Shown here in pieces: positions 10,192 through 20,186 of a stretch of DNA of 64,000 nt. A program made the translations under genes and the position numbers. The notes below the pieces were generated by a model, which was given only the letters and a program-made list of their open reading frames with translations, was not told the origin of the DNA and did no database searches. Each line of letters opens with the position of its first letter. Position 1 is the first letter of the stretch. Source of the stretch: Burkholderiales bacterium (GTDB lineage: Bacteria; Pseudomonadota; Gammaproteobacteria; Burkholderiales; Burkholderiaceae_C); NCBI GenBank assembly GCA_947377275.1, contig CANCFV010000006.1, forward strand, positions 1,772-65,771, read 5' to 3'.

Positions 10192-11363
10192 CCCGATCCC
10201 CCTTGGTAGGCTGCCTGCCCGCCTTGCCAGATGGTGTTGCGCAGGGGCACGGCGGTTTCGAGCGTTTTGTAGCGGTAGTGCTGCCAGTCGGCATCGCCGC
10301 TGAGGTCGAAGGGCGCTGATGCGGGGTTCTGCGGTGCGGTGGCGGAGACCACAGAGCCGGACCATGTGGGCTGTGCGGTGGTCAGGTTGTCTTTGCTGTA
10401 GGCCGCGCTGCGCGAGACCACAGCCAAGCGCGTGGCCATGGTGCGTGCCCACGCGCACTGGATGGGGCGCAGGCTGGTGTCGGCCGGCGTGCCGGGTGTG
10501 ATCTGGTCATAGACATTGACGACGCCGACCATGCCGGTGGCCACGGTGCTGTTGTCTCGGCCGTATTGCGCCCTCAAGCCCACGATGTTGCCGGCCACCG
10601 GCACCCACACGGTGTCGTGCATGGCGTTGGTGGTGGCAGCGTAGGCCGCCAGGCCGCAGTCGTAGGCGAGGTAGTCGCACACCGTCAAGCGGCCTTCGCG
10701 CACCGCGTACACCTTGATCACGGGTGCTGCGCCCATGTTGTAGAGCACGCTGCTCACGGGCATGCCGGACTTGCCCGGGGTCACGGTGAGGTTGACGCCG
10801 TTGATGGCCGTGATGCGGTCCAGGCTGAGCGCACAGTTGGCCGGCCGCGTGGCCGCTTGCACCATCACCCGGTCGCCAATCGCGTAGGCCGTCTCATTGG
10901 TGATTTGGTAAGCGGTGGCTGTCGAAGTGGCGACCAGCGTGTCGCCTTCGGCCGAGCCGTTGGCATTGCCATACACCACCATGACGATGTCGTTGCCGGC
11001 ATCTGCTGCCGGGATCAGGCCGGCAACGGGTGTGGCCACGGTCTGTGGGTTGATGTCGACTGGGCCCAGCGGCACGGTCACGGCACGCGTGTCGGTGGTG
11101 GTGGTGTAGCTCAGTGCGCAGCCCACGATGTTGAAGGCGTTGATGCCATAGCCAGCGGCGCGGATGTCTCGCTCCAGCGAGTAAAGCGAGAGGCTGCCGT
11201 TCATTTGCGCATCGTTGCCACCGGCGGTGGTGCGCTTGCTGGCTTCGGCATTGGTGAGCATCTGCAGCATGATGATGATGGAGGCCATGCCAATGGCCAG
11301 GCCGACCATGATCTCGACCAGGCTGAAGCCGCCGTGCAGGCGTGGGGTGGTGTGCTGGCGCAT
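10185..11363 (-). CDS. pilW: minor pilin PilW
   Basis: G/FSLVEIMVGLAI N-methylation motif, LERDIRAAGYG, C-terminal YRYKTLETAVPLRN. Confidence 0.88.
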   Translation of the reverse strand: MRQHTTPRLHGGFSLVEIMVGLAIGMASIIIMLQMLTNAEASKRTTAGGNDAQMNGSLSLYSLERDIRAAGYGINAFNIVGCALSYTTTTDTRAVTVPLGPVDINPQTVATPVAGLIPAADAGNDIVMVVYGNANGSAEGDTLVATSTATAYQITNETAYAIGDRVMVQAATRPANCALSLDRITAINGVNLTVTPGKSGMPVSSVLYNMGAAPVIKVYAVREGRLTVCDYLAYDCGLAAYAATTNAMHDTVWVPVAGNIVGLRAQYGRDNSTVATGMVGVVNVYDQITPGTPADTSLRPIQCAWARTMATRLAVVSRSAAYSKDNLTTAQPTWSGSVVSATAPQNPASAPFDLSGDADWQHYRYKTLETAVPLRNTIWQGGQAAYQGGSGC

Positions 11364-11372
11364 GCGGCGTCC

Positions 11373-11852
11373 CTACTTGAGTTGGGCCACGGTGGTGTAG
11401 TTGTGGGGTGCGGTCTCGCCTGGGCCTTGCCAGAAGATGCTGACGGTGGCCAAGCTGGACGCGGTGCCTCCTGTGCCTGCTGGCACGCTCACAAAGGTCA
11501 CCGTGGGCAGGGTGTTGCTGGCTGCGCTCACATTGGGCAGGCCTGAGGCCTGCACGGTGGTCAACCACTGCGAGTAGGCCGCTCCGGCTGGGCTGCCGCT
11601 TTGGAAGTTGGCCTGCAAAGTGGCCGCGGTTTTGTCGCTGGCCCACATGCGGCTGATCAGGTCATTGGCCAGCAAGGCCGCCTGCGATCTGTATTGCGCG
11701 GCCGATGCCTGCTTGATGGACACCGCCTGCAGTTGGATGATGGCCAGCACGCCCAACGAGAAGATCAAGATGGCCACGAGCGCTTCCAGCAGCAGCACGC
11801 CCACCTGGGCGGTGCGGGGCTGGTGGACTGGGGCGGGGTGGTTCGCGCGCAT
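11373..11852 (-). CDS. pilV: minor pilin PilV
   Basis: G/VLLLEALVAILIFSLGVLAI..LQ, RSQAALLANDLISRM. Confidence 0.88.
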   Translation of the reverse strand: MRANHPAPVHQPRTAQVGVLLLEALVAILIFSLGVLAIIQLQAVSIKQASAAQYRSQAALLANDLISRMWASDKTAATLQANFQSGSPAGAAYSQWLTTVQASGLPNVSAASNTLPTVTFVSVPAGTGGTASSLATVSIFWQGPGETAPHNYTTVAQLK

Positions 11853-11853
11853 G

Positions 11854-12465
11854 TCAACACACCATGGCGTTGGCGCGGACCGTGCCCGTCAGGCTGGGGT
11901 CGCAGACGCGGCTTTGTCCTGTGGGCGAGACGATCACGCGCAGGCAACGAGCGGTGCCGTTGTTGGCGATGCAGGTGCCCTGTGCGGGTGTCACGTCAAT
12001 GGTGAGCACAGCCACGCCCAGGGTCGGGTTGGTCGATGCCACTTGTTGCCCCAGGCCATTGAAGCTGACCGCCACCTGCGAGGCGTTGACCGCCACGCCA
12101 CCCGATGTGACCGGGCCGCTTTGCAGCACGAAGGGTGTGGCGGCATTGCCTGGGGCCGTGCCGCACAGGCTCGCCGGGGTGGTGCTGGAGGTGCGGTTGA
12201 CCAGCCAATTGCTGCCCGAGGTCGACAGCACGCAGCTGTTGTCCAGCGTGCTGGTGAGCTGAAAGCGCGCCGAGCTGTTGCGCTTGACCGCTTCGGTGCG
12301 TGCCGTTTGCAAGCCGTTGTGGATGGACTCGGCCGCGCTGCGGATCTGCGCGTTGCGCATCCAGTCGGCAAAGGAGGGCACCGCGGTCATCAAGGTGAAT
12401 CCCAAAATGACCACGCCCACCATCAACTCGATGATGCTCAGTCCGGTTTGATGGGTGGAGCGCAT
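11854..12465 (-). CDS. fimT: GspH/FimT family minor pilin
   Basis: G/LSIIELMV, AVPSF, GLQTARTEAVKRN. Confidence 0.85.
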   Translation of the reverse strand: MRSTHQTGLSIIELMVGVVILGFTLMTAVPSFADWMRNAQIRSAAESIHNGLQTARTEAVKRNSSARFQLTSTLDNSCVLSTSGSNWLVNRTSSTTPASLCGTAPGNAATPFVLQSGPVTSGGVAVNASQVAVSFNGLGQQVASTNPTLGVAVLTIDVTPAQGTCIANNGTARCLRVIVSPTGQSRVCDPSLTGTVRANAMVC

Positions 12466-12929
12466 CAGCAGACCCCGCCTTTCTTGGTCACCCAGCACGC
12501 CGCGTTGGTGGCCCAGCCGGTGGGCACGCCGGTGGTGACACGCGTGGCGCTTTCGTTGACCGTGTAGACGAAGCCGGCCATTGCGCCCTTGCCGGTGGCG
12601 GTGATCGTGAAGGTCGTGACCGAGCCGGAGGTGCAGGTGAAGTTGAAGTAGGTGCCGGTGTTGTCGGCGGCGCCAATGGCGCAATCGGTGCTGCCCGCTG
12701 CGCGGTAGGTGCGCGCATCCTGGAACCACTGCTCCATGCGCGTCTGGCGTGCGGCCAGGCCCGAGGTGGCGTCAGGGATGCGGCCGCGCGTGATGTAGTC
12801 GGTGTAGGCCGGCACGGCCACGGCCGACAAGATGCCGATGATGGCCACCACGATCATCACCTCGATCAAGGTGAAGCCTCGGGCGAGGCGGCCCTCGTCC
12901 ATCGGTGGTGTGCGTGTGTGCGTGTGCAT
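12465..12929 (-). CDS. pilE: type IV minor pilin PilE
   Basis: [39 protein letters not shown]; start may be 12902. Confidence 0.88.
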   Translation of the reverse strand: MHTHTRTPPMDEGRLARGFTLIEVMIVVAIIGILSAVAVPAYTDYITRGRIPDATSGLAARQTRMEQWFQDARTYRAAGSTDCAIGAADNTGTYFNFTCTSGSVTTFTITATGKGAMAGFVYTVNESATRVTTGVPTGWATNAACWVTKKGGVC

Positions 12930-13153
12930 GCCAAAAACCCCTTCGCTAGAGGAAATGATGTCCTCGCGACAGAGATTCTGGGATCGCCCCCCCGGGCAGA
13001 AAGTCCGGAAAACTGTGAGAAAACCGACGCATTCGCCAGGGCTTGCAATGGCTTACAAGCCCGCGCTCACCGCCCGTGTGGCTGGGCGTGCCGCTCGTCG
13101 GTGGGGGGCGACCGTTCAGCGCGCCCCTTCAATGCGCAGCAGCAAGGTGTCGC

Positions 13154-14962
13154 TCAACGCGCCATCGGGCGGCTGGGATCGGCGCACCAAGCGCTCCAGG
13201 AGCCGCCATACAACCGCGTGCCATCCAGCCCGGCCTGGGCCATGGCCAAGAGGTTGTGGCAGGCCGTCACGCCCGAGCCGCACTGGTGCACCACGGCCGA
13301 CAAGGGCACATCGCCCAGCAGCTCGGTGAACTCGGCGCGCAATTGCTCGGCCGGTTTGAATCGGCCGTTGCTGGCGAGGTTGAGTTGGAAGAAGCGGTTG
13401 CGCGCACCGGGAATGTGGCCGCCCACCGGGTCCATGGTTTCGTTCTCGCCGCGGAAGCGGTCGGGCGCGCGGGCGTCGATCAACTGCTGGGTGGGCTGGC
13501 CCAGGTCGGCCAACACGGCATCGGTGGACACCAGCCGTTCAGGGCGCGGCTGGGCTTGAAAGCCGCTGACAGGTCGTGCAGCGGGCGCTGCGTTGGAGGT
13601 CTCGCCTTGCGCCGCCTGCCAGGCTTGCCAGCCACCATCGAGCACCTGCACGCGGTCGTGTCCCACCCAGCGCAGCATCCACCACAGGCGGGCGGCGAAC
13701 ATGCCGCCAGCGTCGTCATAAGCCACCACGCGGGTGCGCGGCGTGATGCCCCATTGGCGCACGGTGCGCTCGAAGTCGGCCACGGCAGGCAAAGGGTGCC
13801 GGCCTTGACCTGCGAGCACGGCCTTGTCGCTTGAGAGGTCGCGCTCCAGATGGGCGTACACCGCGCCGCCAATGTGCGCTGCGTCGTAAGCCGCTTGGCC
13901 GGCTGAAGGCTGCGCCAAGTTGAACCGGCAGTCGATCACCAAAGTGTCTTCGTTTTGGGGTGATGCGGTGATCAGGCCTTGCAAGGCCGCAGCGTCGATC
14001 AAAGGCGAAGCAGGCGTGTGCAGCGCAACTTCGATGGCTTGCCGCACGGCCACAGGGGCCTCGTGCACCAGCCAGTGCGAGGCGCCCGCCAAGCGCGTGA
14101 TGCGCAGCTGCGGCACGTGCTGTTCCAAACCATTGAGCAGGCTGGGCGGCAAGGCCGTGTCGGCTTCACCCCAGATCACGTCCACCGGCACGTTCACCTG
14201 CGTCAGCGAGGGCGGCAGTTGCAGGGTGTGGACGGCGTCTTGCGGCGAGGTGGGCGGGTGCAGCGGCGAGGCGCGGTAGTAGTTCAGTGGGCCGGTCAGC
14301 GCCGAGGTGGCGGTGTTCACGCCGGGCACGGCTTCGGGCTGGACAGACCAGGCCTGGCGGTATTGCGCGCGCAGCTCAGGCGTCAGCCAGGTGGCGCCGC
14401 CAAAGCGCTCAAAGAAGGTCCACATCTGCGCAAAGTCATCGGCGGCCAATTCGAGCTCGATGCCGGGCGTGCGCAACATGTTCATGTAAGCGCTGGACGC
14501 TTGCTGGGCGTGGTCGTCGCGCAGGGCCGCCAAAAACAAGGCAGGGTGGGGCGCGTTCAAGATCACCAGCTGCTGCAGGCTCTGCGGCGCCACGGCGGCC
14601 AAGCCCCAGGCCAGCGCGCCGCCCCAGTCGTGCGCGATCACGGCTGCCGCCGGGCTGGTGGGCGTGGGCGCTTCGTGCGCGATGAGGGCCAACAAGTCGC
14701 TCAGCACCACGTTGGCGCGGTAGGCCTTGGCCTCGGCCGGCGCGAACGAGCCGGGGTAGCCGCGCAGGTTGGGCGCCACGCAGCGGTACTCGCCCGCAAA
14801 GTGCGCCACCAAGTCGTCCCACACGAAGGCGGCTTCAGGAAAGCCGTGCAAAAACACCAGCAAGGGCGCGCCCTTGGGGCCGGCCACCCGGCAACTCAGC
14901 CAGGGCGCGACGCCATCGGGCCCGGCGGGCAGGGTGATGCGTTCGGTTTGGATTGTGGACAT
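13154..14962 (-). CDS. fusion of an alpha/beta hydrolase (epoxide hydrolase family) and a double-rhodanese sulfurtransferase (SseA/MST-like)
   Basis: N-half: HGFPE, HDWGG nucleophile, NYYRA, SHW; C-half: DCRF, AARLWW, LDGG, DAR..RFRGE, GHIPGA, CGSGVTAC, YGGSWSAW. Confidence 0.85.
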   Translation of the reverse strand: MSTIQTERITLPAGPDGVAPWLSCRVAGPKGAPLLVFLHGFPEAAFVWDDLVAHFAGEYRCVAPNLRGYPGSFAPAEAKAYRANVVLSDLLALIAHEAPTPTSPAAAVIAHDWGGALAWGLAAVAPQSLQQLVILNAPHPALFLAALRDDHAQQASSAYMNMLRTPGIELELAADDFAQMWTFFERFGGATWLTPELRAQYRQAWSVQPEAVPGVNTATSALTGPLNYYRASPLHPPTSPQDAVHTLQLPPSLTQVNVPVDVIWGEADTALPPSLLNGLEQHVPQLRITRLAGASHWLVHEAPVAVRQAIEVALHTPASPLIDAAALQGLITASPQNEDTLVIDCRFNLAQPSAGQAAYDAAHIGGAVYAHLERDLSSDKAVLAGQGRHPLPAVADFERTVRQWGITPRTRVVAYDDAGGMFAARLWWMLRWVGHDRVQVLDGGWQAWQAAQGETSNAAPAARPVSGFQAQPRPERLVSTDAVLADLGQPTQQLIDARAPDRFRGENETMDPVGGHIPGARNRFFQLNLASNGRFKPAEQLRAEFTELLGDVPLSAVVHQCGSGVTACHNLLAMAQAGLDGTRLYGGSWSAWCADPSRPMAR

Positions 14963-14970
14963 GGGCGGGC

Positions 14971-15972
14971 TCAGTTCAGCGCCATGCTGAGCTTGCGGCG
15001 GTAGCGGTCGACCACCGGGTCGGCAGCTTGCACGTCAACCTTTCCTGCGATTTCCAGTTTCGGCGGTGCGTCAGCAGGCCGCGGTGCCGACCCTGGTGCG
15101 CCAGGCACGGGCCGCCCGCCCGCCACCGGGCTGGGCTTGGGCAGGGGCTTGCTCATCACTTCCAAGATGGCCACGTAGGTTTTGCGCGGGGCTTGGTCGG
15201 CCCAGGCCTTGTCTCGCATGAGGATCTCGAGCAGCTCGTCCATGGCTTCGGTGGGGCGTTGCTGCGCCCACAGCCAGCGGGCCAGCGCCATCCGCGCCTC
15301 AAAGTCGCGCTTGTTGGCAGCGATGGCCGCTTGCAGCTCGTCAACCGGGCGGGCTTGGCGGGCGTCTTGGCAGGCCAGCACATACAGACCAAAGGCGGCC
15401 ACGCGGGGCTCGGCCAGCAGGCCGGTGGCGCGCTCGGCAATCGGCTGGAGCACGCCAAACGCCGCATCGGCCGCACCTTCGGCGGCCAGCATCTTGATCA
15501 GGTCGTAGCGGGCTTCGTCGTTGGTCGGGTCGCGCTCCAGGGCGTCGGCCAGCAACTCCAGGGCGGACGCGGGCTGGCCTTCTTCGATCAGTTCTTCGGC
15601 CTGCGCGGTTTCGTCCGCCGAAATCAGTTCGCCCTCACTGGGCACGTGCTTGCTCAAAAAGTCGCGGATCTGCTCAGCGGGCAGGGCGCCCACAAACCCA
15701 TCGACCGGCGCGCCGCCCGCGAACATCACGCAAAACGGGATCGAGCGCACGCCAAAGGCCTGCGACAACTGCCCGGCGATCTCGGGCTGCTCGTCGGCAT
15801 TGACCTTGACCAGCTTGAAGCGGCCTTCGTATTCGACCTCCAGGCGCTCCAGCACGGGGCCCAGTGACTTGCAGGGGCCGCACCACTCGGCCCAAATGTC
15901 CAGCAACACGGGTTGCTGTTGCGAGGCGTCGAGCACGTCAGACTGGAAGTTTTCGAGGGTGATGTCGATCAT
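14971..15972 (-). CDS. cnoX: thioredoxin-TPR chaperedoxin (CnoX/YbbN)
   Basis: N-terminal WCGPC thioredoxin domain, TPR helices, C-terminal YRRKLS. Confidence 0.88.
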   Translation of the reverse strand: MIDITLENFQSDVLDASQQQPVLLDIWAEWCGPCKSLGPVLERLEVEYEGRFKLVKVNADEQPEIAGQLSQAFGVRSIPFCVMFAGGAPVDGFVGALPAEQIRDFLSKHVPSEGELISADETAQAEELIEEGQPASALELLADALERDPTNDEARYDLIKMLAAEGAADAAFGVLQPIAERATGLLAEPRVAAFGLYVLACQDARQARPVDELQAAIAANKRDFEARMALARWLWAQQRPTEAMDELLEILMRDKAWADQAPRKTYVAILEVMSKPLPKPSPVAGGRPVPGAPGSAPRPADAPPKLEIAGKVDVQAADPVVDRYRRKLSMALN

Positions 15973-16045
15973 GTTGGGTCGATCTGGCGGTGGCGGCAGC
16001 GGCCAGCGCCTAAAATTGCGGGTTTGATGAGATCAGGAGCAAGCC

Positions 16046-16582
16046 GTGACGGATGCAAGAACGGATGCACAGGGCACCAGCCCCGTGAAAGTGGGCGTCG
16101 TGATGGGGTCCAGCAGCGACTGGGATGTCATGCGCCATGCTGCCGACATTCTGACCGAGTTCGGCGTGCCCTTTGAGGCCCAGGTCGTCTCGGCGCACCG
16201 CATGCCCGACGACATGTTCCGCTATGCCGAAGCCGCTGCCGACCGCGGTCTGGTCGCGATCATCGCTGGCGCGGGCGGTGCCGCCCACCTGCCCGGCATG
16301 CTGGCCGCCAAGACCACGGTGCCCGTGTTGGGCGTGCCCGTGCCTTCGCGCCATTTGCAAGGCGTCGATTCATTGCATTCGATCGTGCAGATGCCCAAGG
16401 GCATCCCGGTGGCCACGTTCGCCATCGGCACGGCCGGTGCGGGCAACGCCGCCTTGTTCGCCGTGGCCATGCTGGCCCATGGTGATGCGGCCTTGCGCGC
16501 CAAGCTCGACGCCTTCCGCGCCAGCCAGACCGAAGTGGCCCGCGCCATGACGAACGACCTCACGATGGACCCCAAAGCATGA
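16046..16582 (+). CDS. purE: N5-carboxyaminoimidazole ribonucleotide mutase
   Basis: [35 protein letters not shown]. Confidence 0.97.
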   Translation: MTDARTDAQGTSPVKVGVVMGSSSDWDVMRHAADILTEFGVPFEAQVVSAHRMPDDMFRYAEAAADRGLVAIIAGAGGAAHLPGMLAAKTTVPVLGVPVPSRHLQGVDSLHSIVQMPKGIPVATFAIGTAGAGNAALFAVAMLAHGDAALRAKLDAFRASQTEVARAMTNDLTMDPKA

Positions 16583-17763
16583 GCGCCCAAGCTGCATCGC
16601 CCAACGGCGTGATCTTGCCCGGCGCCACCTTGGGCGTGATGGGCGGCGGCCAGTTGGGCCGCATGTTCGTGCACGCGGCGCAAAGCATGGGCTACAACAC
16701 CGCGGTGCTCGATGCCGACGCCACCAGCCCTGCGGGCCTGGTGTCGCACCAGCACATCCGCTCGGACTACCTCGATGACGCGGGCCTGGCCCAACTCGCT
16801 CAGGTGTCTGCCGCCATCACCACCGAGTTCGAGAACGTGCCCGCCGCGGCCTTGACGCAGCTGGCACAAACCCGCCCCGTCGCGCCTGCCGGCGAGGCCG
16901 TGGCCATTTGCCAAGACCGTGCCCTTGAGAAGGCCCACTTTGTGGCCTGCGGCGTGGCCTGTGCGCCCCACGCCTTGATCGAGACGCCCGAGCAACTCGC
17001 TGCCGTGGGCGACGACCTGCTGCCCGGCATCTTGAAAACCGCGCGCCTGGGTTATGACGGCAAAGGCCAGATCCGCGTCAAGACCCGCGCCGAACTGATC
17101 GCGGCCTGGGACGAGCTGAAACACGTGGGCTGCGTGCTCGAAAAAATGCTGCCCCTGGCCTATGAGGTCAGCGTCATCGTGGCCCGTGGCCGTGATGGCC
17201 AGATTGTGCACTTCCCCCTGCAACAGAACCTGCACCGCGACGGCATCCTGGCCGTGACCACGGTGCCTTCTCCGGCCGTCAGCGCCGAGGTGTCTGAACA
17301 AGCGTATGCCTCGGCCCACGCCATTGCCGCGTCCATGAACTACGTGGGCGTGCTGTGCATCGAGTTCTTCGTGCTGCAAGACGGCCGAATCGTGGCCAAC
17401 GAAATGGCGCCGCGCCCGCACAACTCGGGTCACCACACCATCGACGCTTGCGACGTGTCGCAGTTCGAGCTGCAGGTGCGCGCCATGACCGGCCTGCCGC
17501 TGGTCGCGCCCGTGCTGCACAGCCCTTGCCACATGCTCAACCTCTTGGGTGATTTGTGGTTCGCGGCCGGCAGCCAGCAGCAGACCGAGCCCGACTGGGC
17601 CGCCGTGCTGGCCTTGAGCGGCACCCACCTGCACCTGTATGGCAAGGCTGAGGCGCGCAAGGGCCGCAAGATGGGCCACCTCACGGTGACCGGGCCGACC
17701 GCCGACGCCGCACGCACCGTGGCTTTGCAGGCCGCGGCCATCTTGGGCATCGAAGCCTTCTGA
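16579..17763 (+). CDS. purK: N5-carboxyaminoimidazole ribonucleotide synthase
   Basis: [40 protein letters not shown]. Confidence 0.97.
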   Translation: MSAQAASPNGVILPGATLGVMGGGQLGRMFVHAAQSMGYNTAVLDADATSPAGLVSHQHIRSDYLDDAGLAQLAQVSAAITTEFENVPAAALTQLAQTRPVAPAGEAVAICQDRALEKAHFVACGVACAPHALIETPEQLAAVGDDLLPGILKTARLGYDGKGQIRVKTRAELIAAWDELKHVGCVLEKMLPLAYEVSVIVARGRDGQIVHFPLQQNLHRDGILAVTTVPSPAVSAEVSEQAYASAHAIAASMNYVGVLCIEFFVLQDGRIVANEMAPRPHNSGHHTIDACDVSQFELQVRAMTGLPLVAPVLHSPCHMLNLLGDLWFAAGSQQQTEPDWAAVLALSGTHLHLYGKAEARKGRKMGHLTVTGPTADAARTVALQAAAILGIEAF

Positions 17764-17792
17764 GTCTTTTTGACGCCAACCTAGCCCACACC

Positions 17793-18851
17793 ATGCGCCT
17801 GCTCGACCCCGCACAACAGCCAGATGCCATCGAGCAGGCAGCCCGGCGCCTGGCCGACGGCGGCTTGCTGGCGCTGCCCACCGAGACGGTTTATGGTCTG
17901 GGTGCGCGTGCCGATGACGACGCGGCCGTGGCCCGCATCTTTGCGGCCAAGGGGCGCCCGTCTGATCACCCCCTGATCGTGCACGTGCCCAACACCGAGG
18001 CGGCCTTGCACTTCGCTCGCGCCTTCCCGCCCGTGGCGCAGCGCTTGGCCCGCGCCTTCTGGCCTGGCCCGCTGACCGTGATCGTGCCGCGCGAGCCCAG
18101 CATGGCCACGGCGGCGGCAGGTGGGCACGACACCATTGGCCTGCGTTGCCCAGACCACCCGGTGGCGCTGGCGCTGCTCAATGCGTGCGCTGCCCAAGGC
18201 GTGCTGGGCGTGGCCGCGCCGAGTGCCAACCGCTTCGGCCGCATCAGCCCGACACGCGCCGAGCACGTCCTCAATGAGTTCGAAGACCGTGGCCAAGGCC
18301 TGGACGAGGTCTGGGTGCTGCAAGGCGGTGCCTGCGAAGTCGGCATTGAATCGACCATCATCGATTGCTCGCGCGAGCACCCCGTGCTTTTGCGCCCTGG
18401 TCGTTTGACCCTGGCCGAGATCGAAGCCGTGGCTGGCGAGCCCGTGCAATGGTCCAAGCCCGAAGCGCCCGATCCGAAGGCGCCCAAGGCCTCGGGCACG
18501 CTGCTGTCGCACTACGCGCCACGCGCCAAGCTCAGTTTGCTGGACGACGTTCACCTGGCTGCGGCGCTGGACGTGATCGAGCCTGAACTCACGGCCGCCG
18601 AGATCCGCGAGCCGGGTCAAGCGCCGCGCGTGGCCGTGTATTCGCGCAGCGTGTGGGCCTGGCGCGCCAAGCACCGTGGCGTGGTGCACCTGTCGATGCC
18701 GGGCGATGCGGCCACCGCCGCCCACGACCTGTTTGCCGACCTGCGCGAGCTCGATGCCACGGGTGTCGACCTGATCTGGGTCGAAGTGCCCCCTGCGGAT
18801 GCCGCCTGGGATGGCGTGCGCGACCGCCTCACCCGCGCTGCGGCCAGTTGA
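17793..18851 (+). CDS. tsaC: threonylcarbamoyl-AMP synthase (Sua5 type with C-terminal domain)
   Basis: PTETVYGL, KGRPSDHPLIVH, APSANRFG, GIESTI, SHYAP. Confidence 0.93.
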   Translation: MRLLDPAQQPDAIEQAARRLADGGLLALPTETVYGLGARADDDAAVARIFAAKGRPSDHPLIVHVPNTEAALHFARAFPPVAQRLARAFWPGPLTVIVPREPSMATAAAGGHDTIGLRCPDHPVALALLNACAAQGVLGVAAPSANRFGRISPTRAEHVLNEFEDRGQGLDEVWVLQGGACEVGIESTIIDCSREHPVLLRPGRLTLAEIEAVAGEPVQWSKPEAPDPKAPKASGTLLSHYAPRAKLSLLDDVHLAAALDVIEPELTAAEIREPGQAPRVAVYSRSVWAWRAKHRGVVHLSMPGDAATAAHDLFADLRELDATGVDLIWVEVPPADAAWDGVRDRLTRAAAS

Positions 18852-18953
18852 GCCACCCTTGGGTTTGCCCTGGCTTTACATGGCAGACTCACGCCCTGTG
18901 CGTTCAGCCCTTATGCTTGGGCGCACCTTGCCCTGACCGTCATCGGAGAACCC

Positions 18954-20186
18954 ATGTCCCGCTTTGCCCACCCTCGTCTGCCCCTGTCTCTGCGCCAATG
19001 GGGGCTGGTCGCCCTGGCCTGCTCGGCCGTGGCCTTGAGCGGGTGCGGTGGAGGCAGCCGGGCCAAGGCGTATCAGCCCGACGCCGTGGTGTCGTTCGGT
19101 GACGAGTACAGCGCCATCAGCGACCCGGTGTCGGTCAACGGCGGTACGGTTCAGGGCTTGACGTATTCGGTCAACAGCGTGGCCTCGGTCGTCACGGGTT
19201 ATTGCCCCAACCAGACCCCCAACACCAACTGTGATGAGAACGCCAAGCTCAGCACCGTCACCTCGTTCACCAGCACATCCAATGGCAATTACTTGCTGGA
19301 CCCGGTCAACAAGGTCAACGTCGTCACGCGCATTGACTTGGGAACGGGTAACTACGCGTCAGTGACCGGGGGCCCGCTCAAGCAGACCATCGACAACACG
19401 TACTTTTGCAACGCCTCCACCATCTGGTCGCAAGTGGTGTCGCGCGCGCTGGGCTTGGGCTTTCGCAGCAAGTGCAGCACCGATTTCGCGGGTGGCACCA
19501 CCTATGCGGCTGCCGGCGCCACGGTGGCCGATGTGGCTGCGCAAGTGAATGTCCATGTGGGCGAGCTCAACAGCAAAACAATGGTCACCATCTGGGGCGG
19601 CCAGAACGACATCGTTGAGATCATCAATACCATCAGCGATCAGGGGCTCCGGCTTTCGGCGGCTGAAACCCGTGCCTTGACCTTGGCCAATGCGATCAAG
19701 CAGGTTTTGAACACCGGCGCCAAGGTGCTGGTGGTGAACGTGCCCAATTTGGGTTATTCACCTTACGGCGTCGCGCTGTCTTCCTCGCAGGCTTGTACCA
19801 ATGCAAGCGTCAGCTGCAACGGTGACGTGGAAGCTGTGGTCAAAAAATTCAACCGGACTTTGCTTGAAGTGGGTTTGCGTGACTACGCCAACGATGGCCG
19901 TCAGCTGGGCCACGTCGATGCCGAAGTACTGACCACGCAATACGCCGTCAACACGAACTACAACACCACAACGGGCGTTTGCAACACCAACTCCAGCTCG
20001 GCTAACCCCATGCGTCAACCCGACGGCACGGTCAACACCACCGACCTGCGCTACTGCAATTCGCAGACCCTGGTCAATGGCGGCAATTCGAGCACGTACT
20101 TGTGGTTGGACGACAAGCACATCGGACCGGTCTTGCAAGGCGCTGTCGGCTCCTTGGCCTACACCCGCGCCAGCAATCAGTTCTGA
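18954..20186 (+). CDS. SGNH/GDSL-fold lipoprotein with a GDE variant motif
   Basis: Lipobox LSGC; block I FGDEYS, block III GGQND, block V DDKH. Confidence 0.75.
   Translation: MSRFAHPRLPLSLRQWGLVALACSAVALSGCGGGSRAKAYQPDAVVSFGDEYSAISDPVSVNGGTVQGLTYSVNSVASVVTGYCPNQTPNTNCDENAKLSTVTSFTSTSNGNYLLDPVNKVNVVTRIDLGTGNYASVTGGPLKQTIDNTYFCNASTIWSQVVSRALGLGFRSKCSTDFAGGTTYAAAGATVADVAAQVNVHVGELNSKTMVTIWGGQNDIVEIINTISDQGLRLSAAETRALTLANAIKQVLNTGAKVLVVNVPNLGYSPYGVALSSSQACTNASVSCNGDVEAVVKKFNRTLLEVGLRDYANDGRQLGHVDAEVLTTQYAVNTNYNTTTGVCNTNSSSANPMRQPDGTVNTTDLRYCNSQTLVNGGNSSTYLWLDDKHIGPVLQGAVGSLAYTRASNQF

Noticed and set aside
12905-12993. GTGTGC-like micro-repeat at the pilE start and a C7 run upstream as phase-variation tracts
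   Set aside because: Tracts are short and imperfect; such runs are common in GC-rich DNA
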